Source of the DNA: Candidatus Aminicenantales bacterium
Lineage (GTDB): Bacteria > Acidobacteriota > Aminicenantia > Aminicenantales > UBA4085
Direction: 5' to 3'
DNA length: 64,000 nt
Assembly: GCA_049515535.1 (NCBI GenBank)
Contig: JBEKTZ010000005.1
Coordinates: 124,001-188,000, forward strand
Shown here: positions 17,281 to 27,062 of the stretch, piece by piece
Position numbering within the stretch: position 1 is the stretch's first letter
How the letters are laid out: each line of letters starts with the position of its first letter
The notes under the pieces: generated by a model
Told to the model about the DNA's origin: nothing
The model's input: the letters and a program-made list of their open reading frames with translations, nothing else
Databases searched by the model: none
Program-made: the position numbers and the translations under genes

Positions 17281-20235
17281 ATGACATATCCTCGAAGAAT
17301 CCTCCCGCTCTTGATCCTCTCCGCCGCCCTGGCTCTGCCCGGCCTCGGCCAGAATTACTTCTTTCCGTATTACGGGAAGAACAAGATCGTCTATGAGAAA
17401 TTCGCCTGGAAAAGCTACGACACCGAACACTTTCAGCTCTATTTCTATAACGACGATATGGCCGCCCTGAAGAATCTCGCGGAAACGGCCGAAAGCGCCT
17501 ACCGGAAAGTCAGCCAAGAGCTCAAGTACCAGCTCAAGGATCCCGTGCCGCTCATCTTTTATACGACCTATACGGACTTCGAGCAGACGAACATCTTCGA
17601 AGTGGGCGAGGGGGTGCTCGGCGTTTCCGAGCCGGTGCTCCACCGGATCGGCATCCACGGCGACATGGCGATCGATGAGATGCAATCCTTGATCACGCAC
17701 GAGCTGACCCACATTTTCGAATTCGACATCCTGTGGGGCAATCCGGGCGCGGCCCTCTACGCCGTCAACGAGCCGCCCCTGTGGACTTTCGAAGGCCTCT
17801 CGGAATATTTCACCGGCGTATGGTCGGCCTGGTCCACACTCATCCTGCGCGATACCGTGATCAACGATCGGATCCCTGAGTTCTCCGAATCCGGAGAGCT
17901 CTTTGCCCGCTATCCCATGGCCCGCGAGCCGGCCTATGACTTCGGCCATGCCCTCTACGAGTTCATGGAATTCCGGTTCGGCAAAAATGCCGCCGGCGAT
18001 TTTTTCAAGTCCCTGAAAGGGGAATCTCCGCTCCTCGGAAAGCGCGATCCGCTAAAGAAAGCCTTTAATTTGGACTCCAAGGCCTTCAGTTTCGAGTTCA
18101 AGAAATATCTCCGGGAACGATTCAAGGAATATTACAGCCGGGAAAATCCCGAGGACTACAGCCTTCCCATCGGCCCTGAGTTCCCGATGAACCCCTATTA
18201 TTTCGCCTTCTCTCACGCCGTATCGCCCTCCGGGGACCTCGTGGCCACGATCACCTTCAACGCCCAGGATGGCGACGTCGACATCGTCCTGATGTCGACC
18301 AAAGACGGGAAGATCCTCAAGAATCTCACCAAAGGCTATACGTCCCAGTACGAATCGATCAGATTCGAGATCGATCCTTCGCTCGGGAAGAGTCTGGCCT
18401 GGTCGCGGGACGGTGACCGCCTGGCGTTCTTCGCCAGGGACGGGGAGAAACACTCGCTCTTCATCATCGACGCGTTCGACGGGTCCACGATCCGGAAGAT
18501 CAAGGTGCCGGACGATCAGCCTGTCTGCCCCACGTTCTATCCGGACGGCCGGAAGATTATGTTCTCCGCGTTCAAGAAGGGCATTCGCGACATTTTCGAG
18601 CTGGACCTCGCGACGGGACAGACCAAGAACTTGACCAGGGATCCCCTCTACCAAAAAGCTCCGATGCTTTCGCCCGACGGGAAAACCGTCGTCTATTCCA
18701 TCCGCGTGGATTCCTACGACAAACTGTTTCTCTCTCCCGTCGACGACTTCACGAAGAAAAAGCAGCTCACCTTCGGCAAAGGGAACACGGTCACTCCGGA
18801 ATTTTCCGCGGACGGGAAGACCGTCTTCTTCTCGGGGGACGCCAAGGGCGCCTACAACATCTACGCCCTCAACCTCGAATCGGGAGAGCTTCGCCGCTTT
18901 ACGGACGTGAGGACGGGAAATTTCTTCCCCGCCCCCCTGCCCAACGATCCGCAGAGGATCATCTTTTCCTCGTTCAACAAGGGCGCCTTTCAACTCTTCA
19001 AAAGCGCCGGCGAAGGGGTCGCCGAACAGACGCTGACCTTCGCCGACATCGGGCCGGACGAAAAATTCAAGATGTTCGAGCCCCCCGTTTCGCTCGAAAT
19101 CGACCCGGCCAAGATCCAGGCCCACAACGGCTTGGGCAAGCTTTATGTCGCGTCCCGCCCGCCCGTCGATGCGATCGTGTCCACGGACGGTTCGATCTAC
19201 GGCGGGTCATCCCTCGCCTTCACGGACCTCCTCGGCAATCACACGTTTTCGCTGACCGCCTATCAGGTCCGGGAATTCCGCTCGATGTACCTGGGCTATT
19301 TCAACCAGCGGAACAGGTTCCAATGGGCGATCAACGCCTTCCAATACACGGTTTTTTATTACCCCAACAGCTACTATTACGATCCTTCTCTCTGGAACTT
19401 CACGACCTATTCGGACGCTATCGCCACGCGGAGGATCACGGGGGCCAGCGCCATGGGCGTTTACCCTCTCAATAAATATGTCCGCGCCGAGGGCGAACTC
19501 GCCTTCTACCATTTCGAGGAGGATTTTCTCGACCCCCAGGCCCTCGGCATGTCCGGACCTTTGTCGTATGGATATTTCATGAACGGCGACATGCTCTCCG
19601 CCTCGTTTTCGCTGACGGGAGAGACGACGCATTTCAAGCAATATGGGCCGGCCGCCGGGCATACGTTCCGGCTTTCGATCGCCCAATCGCTTCCGGTCGC
19701 CGACGCTTTCATCCATAACACCACGTTTGAAGCCGACCTGCGAAAATACTTTTACCTTGGCTCGGACTTTCTTTTGGCCTTCCGCGTCAACGCGTTCCTG
19801 AGCGGGGGGCGCGATCCTTTCCTGGGCTATTACGGCGGCAATAACCAGGTCCGCTCGGTGGACTTCTATATGCTCGTCGCCACGAAATACTGGTTCGCCA
19901 ACGCCGAGATCCGCTTCCCCCTCGTCGACGCGGCCTCGACGATCATCGGAATGATCGGCCCCGTGCGGGGGGTCTTGTTCTTCGACATCACCAGGAGCCA
20001 GTATGGGGACTATCCGGCGAAATTCTACCGGTACGACGCCGCCCTGGGCGATTTTCCCTATCACGTGCTCGACGCCATCGGCTCCTTCGGCGGCGGCCTC
20101 GAATTGTTCGTCTTCGGCTATCCGATTCACATCGAATTCGCGAAACGACTCGAGTGGCCGAGCCTTGCGGCGCCCTTCAGTTTCAACGAATACGGAAGCT
20201 ACACCACAAGATTCTGGATCGGTTTCGATTTCTAA
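17281..20235 (+). CDS. Outer membrane protein: Zn-metallopeptidase-like domain + PD40/TolB-like propeller + Omp85-type beta-barrel
   Basis: Signal peptide; HELTH..EGLSEY gluzincin motif; repeated SPDG/WSRDG/FYPDG blades; ANAEIRFP and C-terminal FWIGFDF beta-signal. Confidence 0.8.
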   Translation: MTYPRRILPLLILSAALALPGLGQNYFFPYYGKNKIVYEKFAWKSYDTEHFQLYFYNDDMAALKNLAETAESAYRKVSQELKYQLKDPVPLIFYTTYTDFEQTNIFEVGEGVLGVSEPVLHRIGIHGDMAIDEMQSLITHELTHIFEFDILWGNPGAALYAVNEPPLWTFEGLSEYFTGVWSAWSTLILRDTVINDRIPEFSESGELFARYPMAREPAYDFGHALYEFMEFRFGKNAAGDFFKSLKGESPLLGKRDPLKKAFNLDSKAFSFEFKKYLRERFKEYYSRENPEDYSLPIGPEFPMNPYYFAFSHAVSPSGDLVATITFNAQDGDVDIVLMSTKDGKILKNLTKGYTSQYESIRFEIDPSLGKSLAWSRDGDRLAFFARDGEKHSLFIIDAFDGSTIRKIKVPDDQPVCPTFYPDGRKIMFSAFKKGIRDIFELDLATGQTKNLTRDPLYQKAPMLSPDGKTVVYSIRVDSYDKLFLSPVDDFTKKKQLTFGKGNTVTPEFSADGKTVFFSGDAKGAYNIYALNLESGELRRFTDVRTGNFFPAPLPNDPQRIIFSSFNKGAFQLFKSAGEGVAEQTLTFADIGPDEKFKMFEPPVSLEIDPAKIQAHNGLGKLYVASRPPVDAIVSTDGSIYGGSSLAFTDLLGNHTFSLTAYQVREFRSMYLGYFNQRNRFQWAINAFQYTVFYYPNSYYYDPSLWNFTTYSDAIATRRITGASAMGVYPLNKYVRAEGELAFYHFEEDFLDPQALGMSGPLSYGYFMNGDMLSASFSLTGETTHFKQYGPAAGHTFRLSIAQSLPVADAFIHNTTFEADLRKYFYLGSDFLLAFRVNAFLSGGRDPFLGYYGGNNQVRSVDFYMLVATKYWFANAEIRFPLVDAASTIIGMIGPVRGVLFFDITRSQYGDYPAKFYRYDAALGDFPYHVLDAIGSFGGGLELFVFGYPIHIEFAKRLEWPSLAAPFSFNEYGSYTTRFWIGFDF

Positions 20236-20308
20236 ACGGGCGTTTCGCTCGCCGTAAAGGCGTGGTTCTCCGCCGCCCGGTAAACTTCGAATTTTCGTAA
20301 AAAAACTC

Positions 20309-20337
20309 TTGAAATGGGGTTAAGGGAATGGTATGAT
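20309..20337 (+). promoter_or_regulatory. dnaA promoter
   Basis: TTGAAA-17 nt-TATGAT with extended -10 TG. Confidence 0.65.
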
Positions 20338-20365
20338 GGCGAAGCTTTCTTGGGAGGAGAGGTAA

Positions 20366-20399
20366 AAATATCCACAGTTGTGGATATTTCTGTGGAAAA
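20366..20399. promoter_or_regulatory. DnaA-box cluster upstream of dnaA
   Basis: Palindrome AAATATCCACA-GT-TGTGGATATTT (two boxes, one mismatch each to TTATCCACA) plus TGTGGAAAA. Confidence 0.8.
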
Positions 20400-20418
20400 A
20401 TAAATTTCGGCCGCGCAA

Positions 20419-21744
20419 ATGGAAGAAAAGACAAATCCTTGGCTTCAAATCATCCTTGACGCCAAGAAAAAAATCGACGCCGACGGTTTCGAGACCTGGA
20501 TCGTTCCGACGTCCTATATCGGGCAGGAACTCGACAGCCTCTATATCAAGGTCCCCAATCCTTATTTTAAAGACTGGATCTCCTTCCATTTTTCGGGCCT
20601 TCTCAACGAAAGCTCGCAGAAGATCTTCGGCAAAGTGTTCGACATCAAATACATCCTCGACGAATCGCCGTCCTCGTTCAAGAGAAGCTCGCCCGACGAG
20701 CGGCGGACGAAATCCGGAATGCTCCTCAATCCGAACCTGAACCCCAACTACACTTTCGAGAATTTCGTCGTCGGCTCGTGCAACCAGTTCGCCCACGCCG
20801 CTTCTCTGGCCGTGGCCAAGATCCCGGCGAAATCCTATAACCCGCTCTACGTCTACGGCGGCTCCGGCCTCGGCAAGACCCATCTCATGAACGCCATCGG
20901 CCATTTCACGCTCCACAACGATCCGCGGTTGAAAATTCTCTATATCACCACGGAAAAGTTCATGAACGACCTCATCAATCATCTTCAATACGGAAAGATC
21001 CTGGATTTTCGGGAAAAATACAGGAGTATCGACGTCCTTCTCATGGACGATATCCACAACCTTTCCGGAAAAGACCGGACCAAGGAGGAATTTTTCCACA
21101 CCTTCAATCATCTCTACGACAACCAGAAGCAAATCGTCATCTCGAGCGACTGTCAGCCGAAAGAGATCCCCGGCCTCGAAGAACGGTTCCGCTCCCGGTT
21201 CGAATGGGGCCTGATTGCCGACCTGAAACCGCCGGACATCGAGACCCGGATCGCCATCTTGAATAAAAAAGCCGAACTCGAGGGCGTCGACCTTCCGGAA
21301 AGCGTCGCCCTCTTCATCGCCGACAAGGTCAATTCCAATATCCGGGAGCTCGAAGGCTACCTGCGCCGCGTCGTCGCCTACGCCTCTTTAAAAGGCGAAA
21401 AAATCGAATTGGATATCGCCAAAGAGTCCCTCAAAGACCTTTTGGACTCGACCTCGCGGATCGTGACTGTGGAAAAGATCCAGAAATTAGTCTGCCATAA
21501 ATACAAAATCAAGCTCGTGCAATTAAAATCCAAAAACAATTCTCCGAAAGTCGCCTTTCCCCGCCAGATCGCCATGTATTTATCGAAGGAATTGACCCAC
21601 ACTTCGTTGCCGGAAATCGGCAAGAAATTCGGTGGAAAACACCACACAACGGTCATTCATAGTCTCCGGAAAATCGAGCGTTTGCGCGAGGAGAATTCGG
21701 AATTCGACAAAGAAATCAACAGCCTTTTAAATTTCATCCAGTAA
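20419..21744 (+). CDS. dnaA: Chromosomal replication initiator
   Basis: YTFENFVVG, YNPLYVYGGSGLGKTHL, EEFFHTFN, SRFEWGL, RQIAMYL, HTTVIH. Confidence 0.98.
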   Translation: MEEKTNPWLQIILDAKKKIDADGFETWIVPTSYIGQELDSLYIKVPNPYFKDWISFHFSGLLNESSQKIFGKVFDIKYILDESPSSFKRSSPDERRTKSGMLLNPNLNPNYTFENFVVGSCNQFAHAASLAVAKIPAKSYNPLYVYGGSGLGKTHLMNAIGHFTLHNDPRLKILYITTEKFMNDLINHLQYGKILDFREKYRSIDVLLMDDIHNLSGKDRTKEEFFHTFNHLYDNQKQIVISSDCQPKEIPGLEERFRSRFEWGLIADLKPPDIETRIAILNKKAELEGVDLPESVALFIADKVNSNIRELEGYLRRVVAYASLKGEKIELDIAKESLKDLLDSTSRIVTVEKIQKLVCHKYKIKLVQLKSKNNSPKVAFPRQIAMYLSKELTHTSLPEIGKKFGGKHHTTVIHSLRKIERLREENSEFDKEINSLLNFIQ

Positions 21745-21864
21745 TGAAATCAGAATCTTCCACGTGTTATGCACATTTCATTTGCTTTTCTTCTTCTTAT
21801 TCATTACTCTTTATTCATAAAGAAATAATAATAAGAGCGAGCTCTTATTCAGGAAGGTGATCCC
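21745..21864. other. Probable oriC unwinding region (DnaA box + AT-rich DUE)
   Basis: TTATGCACA box at 21767-21775 followed by CTTCTTCTTATTCATTACT trinucleotide-periodic run and a very AT-rich tract between dnaA and dnaN. Confidence 0.75.
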
Positions 21865-22965
21865 ATGAAATTCTCGATCATGAAAGAAAACCTGTTGGAG
21901 GAACTGCAGCTACTCCAGGGCATCGTCGAGAAAAGAAACACCATGCCGATCCTGGCGAACATTCTCGTTCAAGCGTCCGGGAATGAGATCGAAATCACGG
22001 GGACTGACCTCGAAGTCGGGTTGAAAACGCATTTCGAGGCGCGGATCGACGAGCCGGGAGAGATCACGGTCTCCGGAAAAAAGATCTTCGAGATCGTTAA
22101 ATCGCTGCCGGACGGCCTGCCAGTGACGTTCAAAGAAGACAAGAACCTGACCATGGAGGTCACGGCCGGAGAGAGCGAATTCAAGGTTCTCTGCCTGCCG
22201 AAAGAAGATTATCCTCAGGTTCCAGAGCCAAAATTCGCGAAAAAAATCACCTTTCCCCTCGAGTCGTTCAAGGACATGATCGACCGCGTTTTTTTCGCGA
22301 TCGCCCAGGAACAGAGATATTATCTCAACGGCGCGCTGATGGTCCTGAAAAACAAGTCGCTGGAACTCATCAGCACGGATGGGCACCGGCTCTCTTATAC
22401 GGCGAAAACCGTCGATAATCTCAGCCTGACCAAAGAAATCCGGGTGATCGTCTCGAAGAAAACGTTGAGCGAGCTCCGCAAATACAGCGAGGGGACGGTC
22501 GAATTCGACATGGACGAGAATAATCTCTTCTTCCGGTGCGGTCACCGGACGCTCATTTCTCGGATCATCGAGAGCAAATTCCCCAATTTCGAGGCCGTCA
22601 TTCCCAAGGACAACGCGAGCACGGCCTTACTGCCGCGGGAAGAGTTCACGAACGCCATCCGGCGGGTTTCCCTGCTGTCCGCCGAACGCTCGCGGGGAAT
22701 CAAGTTCACCCTCGAAAAGAACAAGATGCGGCTATTCTCTTCCAACCCGGAGATTGGCGAGGCCCGGGACAAGCTGGACGTCGAATACGCGGGCGCGAAC
22801 CTGGAAATCGGGTTCAATTCGCAATACATCCTCGATTTTCTGACGACCGTGAGCGCCGACAAGATCCGGCTCGAATTGAAGGACGAAAACAGCGCTGCCC
22901 TCATGCGGCCGGATACGGAAGAGGACGTCAAGAGCATCTACGTCCTCATGCCGATGAAGATCTGA
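21865..22965 (+). CDS. dnaN: DNA polymerase III beta clamp
   Basis: PILANIL, TDLEV, STDGHRL, IGFNSQYILD, VLMPMKI. Confidence 0.97.
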   Translation: MKFSIMKENLLEELQLLQGIVEKRNTMPILANILVQASGNEIEITGTDLEVGLKTHFEARIDEPGEITVSGKKIFEIVKSLPDGLPVTFKEDKNLTMEVTAGESEFKVLCLPKEDYPQVPEPKFAKKITFPLESFKDMIDRVFFAIAQEQRYYLNGALMVLKNKSLELISTDGHRLSYTAKTVDNLSLTKEIRVIVSKKTLSELRKYSEGTVEFDMDENNLFFRCGHRTLISRIIESKFPNFEAVIPKDNASTALLPREEFTNAIRRVSLLSAERSRGIKFTLEKNKMRLFSSNPEIGEARDKLDVEYAGANLEIGFNSQYILDFLTTVSADKIRLELKDENSAALMRPDTEEDVKSIYVLMPMKI

Positions 22966-23019
22966 GGCGGAAGCCGCCTGAGTCTTTACCGCATTCTTCG
23001 CTTTTCAGTTAATCCTCCC

Positions 23020-24427
23020 ATGATCGAAGATGAAAAACGCGGGAATTACGGCGACCGGCTGGACGGCTGGAAAGAGATCTCGGCGTATCTCCGTTGCGAT
23101 GTCCGGACCTGTCTTCGCTGGGCGAAACACAGCGGGCTTCCCATCAGCCGCGTCGGGAATAGCCACAAACGTTCCAAGGTGATCGCGTTCAAACCCGATT
23201 TGGACCAGTGGCTGGTCCGCGGGCGGAACCAGGTTGCGAAAAAACCGGGCCGGCGATACGCAATCGCGAAGCTTGTTCTTGCGATTCTTCCGGTGCTGAT
23301 CGCGCTGATTTTCGTCCTTCCCCGCGTGCTTCCCCCCTCGTCCGGCCCGATCCGGATGGAATTGAATGGTCAAGCTCTCGTGGCCATCGACGCGAAAAAC
23401 ACCCCGCTTTGGAGTATCGGTCTTGATGCGGCGGGGGATCAGGCGTATTTCTATAACGACGTTCCGGGTATATTCAACTGGAAGCGATCTCATATCGCGT
23501 TCGGCGATATCGACCGGGACGGCCGGAACGAAGTCGCGGTTTTCCTCGACGCGGACAACCCCGCGGCGCGGGCGGTCGCCTTATTCGACGATAATGGCCG
23601 CCGGCTCTGGAAAAAGGAAATCCGCTTCGAGGCTGCGTACGCCGAAGAAACGCCGGGGAACAACTTTCTCCCGATGCAAATCGAAATCAAGGATGTTCTC
23701 GGCGACTCGAGGCCGGAGATCCTTGCTCTGTGGCGGCACGCCCGCTTTTATCCCGGAATTTTCGAGATTTATTCCATTGACGGAACCCGGCTTTTCCATT
23801 ACGAGCATACCGGAGTCCTTCAGTCTTTTGCCTTGCAGTTCGATGGGAACGGAGAGCACGTTCGGGAAATCCTTTTGGGCGGCACCAATAATTTGCTGGG
23901 CGGAGACGCTGTTTTGGTCGTTATCGACCCCTCCGACCTCAGGAGCGGGCTTGGCCCGCCCTATACGATCCCTTCGGAATTCGAAGGCCGAAAGCCCGGA
24001 TTGCGGCGATACCTGCCGCTCAACCCGCAGCCGGCCGCTCAAAAACGTTATTTTCCGGTTTCCTCATAACGAAATGGCGCCAACCGAGGTCCTCCCTTAC
24101 ATGAATGTTCTCGAGATCCTTCCCTCCAGGCAGGGTTACTCCATCCAGGTTCAATACGGCGTCTCCGAAAGGGCCTATTATAAATTCGACTCCGACTTTC
24201 GCCTTCTCGATGTCCAAGCTTCGCCTGGCCTGATGAGGTCCTACAACGACCGTCTCCGGCGGGGAATTCTCCACAAACCGCTGGAGCAGTTTCTTGCCGA
24301 ACGAGGAAGCGATTTTTGGCGGTGGAACGGCGCCGGATGGCTCGATTCCGCGATCAAAAACGGATTGGCGAGACGAATCCGATTCGATATGCGTATCGAC
24401 GAGGCCGGAGAAAAACCCCCACCTTAA
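23020..24427 (+). pseudogene. Frameshifted gene: N-terminal HTH, TM helix, extracytoplasmic FG-GAP/propeller domain
   Basis: RLDGWKEISAYLRCDVRTCLRW HTH-like; TM segment; GDIDRDGRNEV; frame stops at 24069 but protein-like sequence continues in the next frame to 24427. Confidence 0.6.
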
Positions 24428-24576
24428 GCATGGTCTTTTTCATGACAACCTCTACTTAAAAAGCATCCATCAGTTGTCAATTTGATTTATAAAAACGGAC
24501 GGGTCAATAGATGGAGAGAAACTGTCACAAGATGCCTATTCCTGCCCACTTAAAACGGAGAATACGATATGTCTTT

Positions 24577-24757
24577 TAATTTCGGTGACAGACAACTCAA
24601 CCTAAATAGGGTTTTTACTAATTCATCATCTGCCCTTGAAGGTCGTTGAATTCTTCTAAGACTGCCCGGTTATAGGGGTAACAGGTATCGTATTTCGTCC
24701 TCGCTCCGATCCAGGGGAAAGGAATTTAGTGTATTGGGTTGTCTGTCACCAAAATTA
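24577..24757. repeat. 24-bp inverted repeat pair (MITE-like or invertible segment)
   Basis: TAATTTCGGTGACAGACAACTCAA (24577-24600) vs reverse complement of 24734-24757: 22/24 identical. Confidence 0.7.
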
Positions 24758-24823
24758 GGGATATGATGAATTAGGATCTTTTATATCTTTAAATCAAAGG
24801 AGGGGCGATCGCCCGCAATAAAC

Positions 24824-26941
24824 ATGAACCATTTCAGATTTGCGATTTTATGTTTGGCCATGACCATGTGCCTGACCCTGGCCGCGGGGGATCAAGGAAC
24901 GGCCGTCGACAACACTAATCCGTTTTTTTCACAGTACAAGACGCCGCTGAACACCCCGCCCTTCAATCTGATCAAGAACGAGCATTTTCTGCCGGCCATA
25001 AAGGAAGGCATCCGGCAACAGCAGGTCGAGATCGAGGTCATCGTCAACAATCCGGCCGTTCCGGCTTTCGCCAATACCCTGGAGGCCCTGGACGCGAGCG
25101 GGCGGCTCCTGTCCGAAGTCAACGCGGTTTTCGGCGCATTGCAGGGCGCCGACACGAACCCCGCTATCCAGAGCATCGCCAAAGAGGCGACGCCGCTCAT
25201 AGCGGCCCATGGCGACAATATCCGCTTGAACGAAAAACTCTTCGCCCGTGTGAAGGCGGTCTACGACCAGCGCGCCAAGTTGAAGCTCAAGCCCGAGGAG
25301 CAGTTCCTTCTCGAAAACACCTACCGCGACTTCGTCCGCGGCGGCGCGCTGCTGGATGAAAAGCTAAAAGCCCGGCTCCGCGAGCTGAACCAGCAACTGG
25401 CCATGCTTTCGCTCCGGTTCGGCGACAACCTGCTGGCCGAAACCAACGATTTCAAGCTGGTCCTCGAGAATCGTGACGACCTGGCCGGCCTGCCTCCCTC
25501 CGTCGTGGCCATGGCCGAGGGGACAGCCCGTCAACTGAAGATGCCCGGCAAATGGGTCTTCACCGTCCAGGTTCCGAGCATGACGCCTTTTCTGCAGTAT
25601 TCGACGCGGCGGGATTTGCGCGAAAAACTCTACCGCGGCTATATCACGCGCGGCGACCGCGGCAACGAGCGCGACAACAAAGACATTATCCGCCAGATCG
25701 TCAACCTGCGCTGTGAGAAGGCGAAGCTCCTGGGCTACGACAGCCATGCCGCCTTCGTCCTGGAGACCAACATGGCCAAGACCCCCGCGGCCGTGGATGC
25801 TTTCCTGAATAGATTATGGGACCCGGCCTTGAAACGCGCCAAGGGGGAAGTGGCCGACATGCAGGCTCTCATCGACCGCGAAGGCGGCAAATTCAAGCTC
25901 GCCCCGTGGGACTGGTGGTACTACGCGGAGAAAGTCCGCCAGGAAAAATACGCCCTCGACGACACCGCCTTGCGCCCCTATTTCAAGCTCGAGAACGTCC
26001 GTATGGGCATCTTCACGCTCTGCGAAAAGCTCTATGGGCTGAAGTTCATCGAACGGCACGACATCCCGGTCTACAACCCGGAAGTCCAGGTCGTCGAGGT
26101 GCGCGAAACCGACGGCCGCTACGTGGGCGTCCTATACATGGATTTCCATCCGCGACCGAGCAAGCGCGGCGGCGCCTGGTCGGGCGCGTTCCGTCGCCAG
26201 TCTTACGAAAAGGGCAAGCGCGTGGCGCCCCTCTCGACCATAACGTGCAATTTCACGCGCGCCACGGCCGACGCGCCCTCGCTGCTCAGCGTGGAAGAGG
26301 CGAAGACTTTCGCCCACGAATTCGGGCATTCGCTGGCAACCCTCCTCTCGGATGGGATTTATCGAGGCCGCTCCGTGCCCCGGGACGGGGTGGAGCTCCC
26401 TTCGCAGATCATGGAAAACTGGATGCTGGAGCCGGAATTGCTCACCCTCTACGCCAAGCACTATCAGACGGGCGCCGTCATTCCGGCCGAGCTCGTCCAA
26501 AAGCTTCAGAAAAGCAGTCTTTTCAATCAAGGCTTTGAAACCGTGGAGTACCTCGCGGCTTCGATTCTCGACATGAAATGGCATGAGATGACACAGCCTC
26601 AGCCCGGCCTGAACGTCGACGAGTTCGAAACCCGGGCCATGACCGGCATCGGCCTCATCTCGGAGATCACGCCCCGCTACCGGAGCACCTACTTCAATCA
26701 TATCTTTAACGGCGGCTATTCCGCCGGGTATTACGTTTATATCTGGGCCGCGCAGCTCGACGCCGACGCCTTCGAAGCCTTCAAGGAAAAAGGGCTGTTC
26801 GACAAGGCGACCGCCCTCTCGTTCCGGAAAAACGTGCTCGAGAAATACGGCGCCCTCGAACTCATGCCCCAGTACGTGGCGTTCCGCGGCGCCGAACCGA
26901 AGATCGAACCGCTTCTGAAACGTCGAGGTCTGCTGAAGTAG
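24824..26941 (+). CDS. dcp: M3 family metallopeptidase (peptidyl-dipeptidase Dcp-like), secreted
   Basis: Signal peptide; NPFF..PPF; KRGGAW; HEFGH; VELPSQIMENW; GYSAGYY. Confidence 0.9.
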   Translation: MNHFRFAILCLAMTMCLTLAAGDQGTAVDNTNPFFSQYKTPLNTPPFNLIKNEHFLPAIKEGIRQQQVEIEVIVNNPAVPAFANTLEALDASGRLLSEVNAVFGALQGADTNPAIQSIAKEATPLIAAHGDNIRLNEKLFARVKAVYDQRAKLKLKPEEQFLLENTYRDFVRGGALLDEKLKARLRELNQQLAMLSLRFGDNLLAETNDFKLVLENRDDLAGLPPSVVAMAEGTARQLKMPGKWVFTVQVPSMTPFLQYSTRRDLREKLYRGYITRGDRGNERDNKDIIRQIVNLRCEKAKLLGYDSHAAFVLETNMAKTPAAVDAFLNRLWDPALKRAKGEVADMQALIDREGGKFKLAPWDWWYYAEKVRQEKYALDDTALRPYFKLENVRMGIFTLCEKLYGLKFIERHDIPVYNPEVQVVEVRETDGRYVGVLYMDFHPRPSKRGGAWSGAFRRQSYEKGKRVAPLSTITCNFTRATADAPSLLSVEEAKTFAHEFGHSLATLLSDGIYRGRSVPRDGVELPSQIMENWMLEPELLTLYAKHYQTGAVIPAELVQKLQKSSLFNQGFETVEYLAASILDMKWHEMTQPQPGLNVDEFETRAMTGIGLISEITPRYRSTYFNHIFNGGYSAGYYVYIWAAQLDADAFEAFKEKGLFDKATALSFRKNVLEKYGALELMPQYVAFRGAEPKIEPLLKRRGLLK

Positions 26942-27062
26942 AGGTGGCTCCGGCGGCAGCCGCTCCGGAGTTGACAGGCAGGGGCGGTCGAATATAAAAT
27001 CCGCCCGGAAAAAGAATTCCAGAAAACGACTTCATGTTTTCGCCGAAACTCCTGTAAGCCGT

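Noticed and set aside
21756..21771. parS-like TTCCACGTG
   Set aside because: Only half of the 16-bp palindrome matches; better explained as part of the DnaA-box region.
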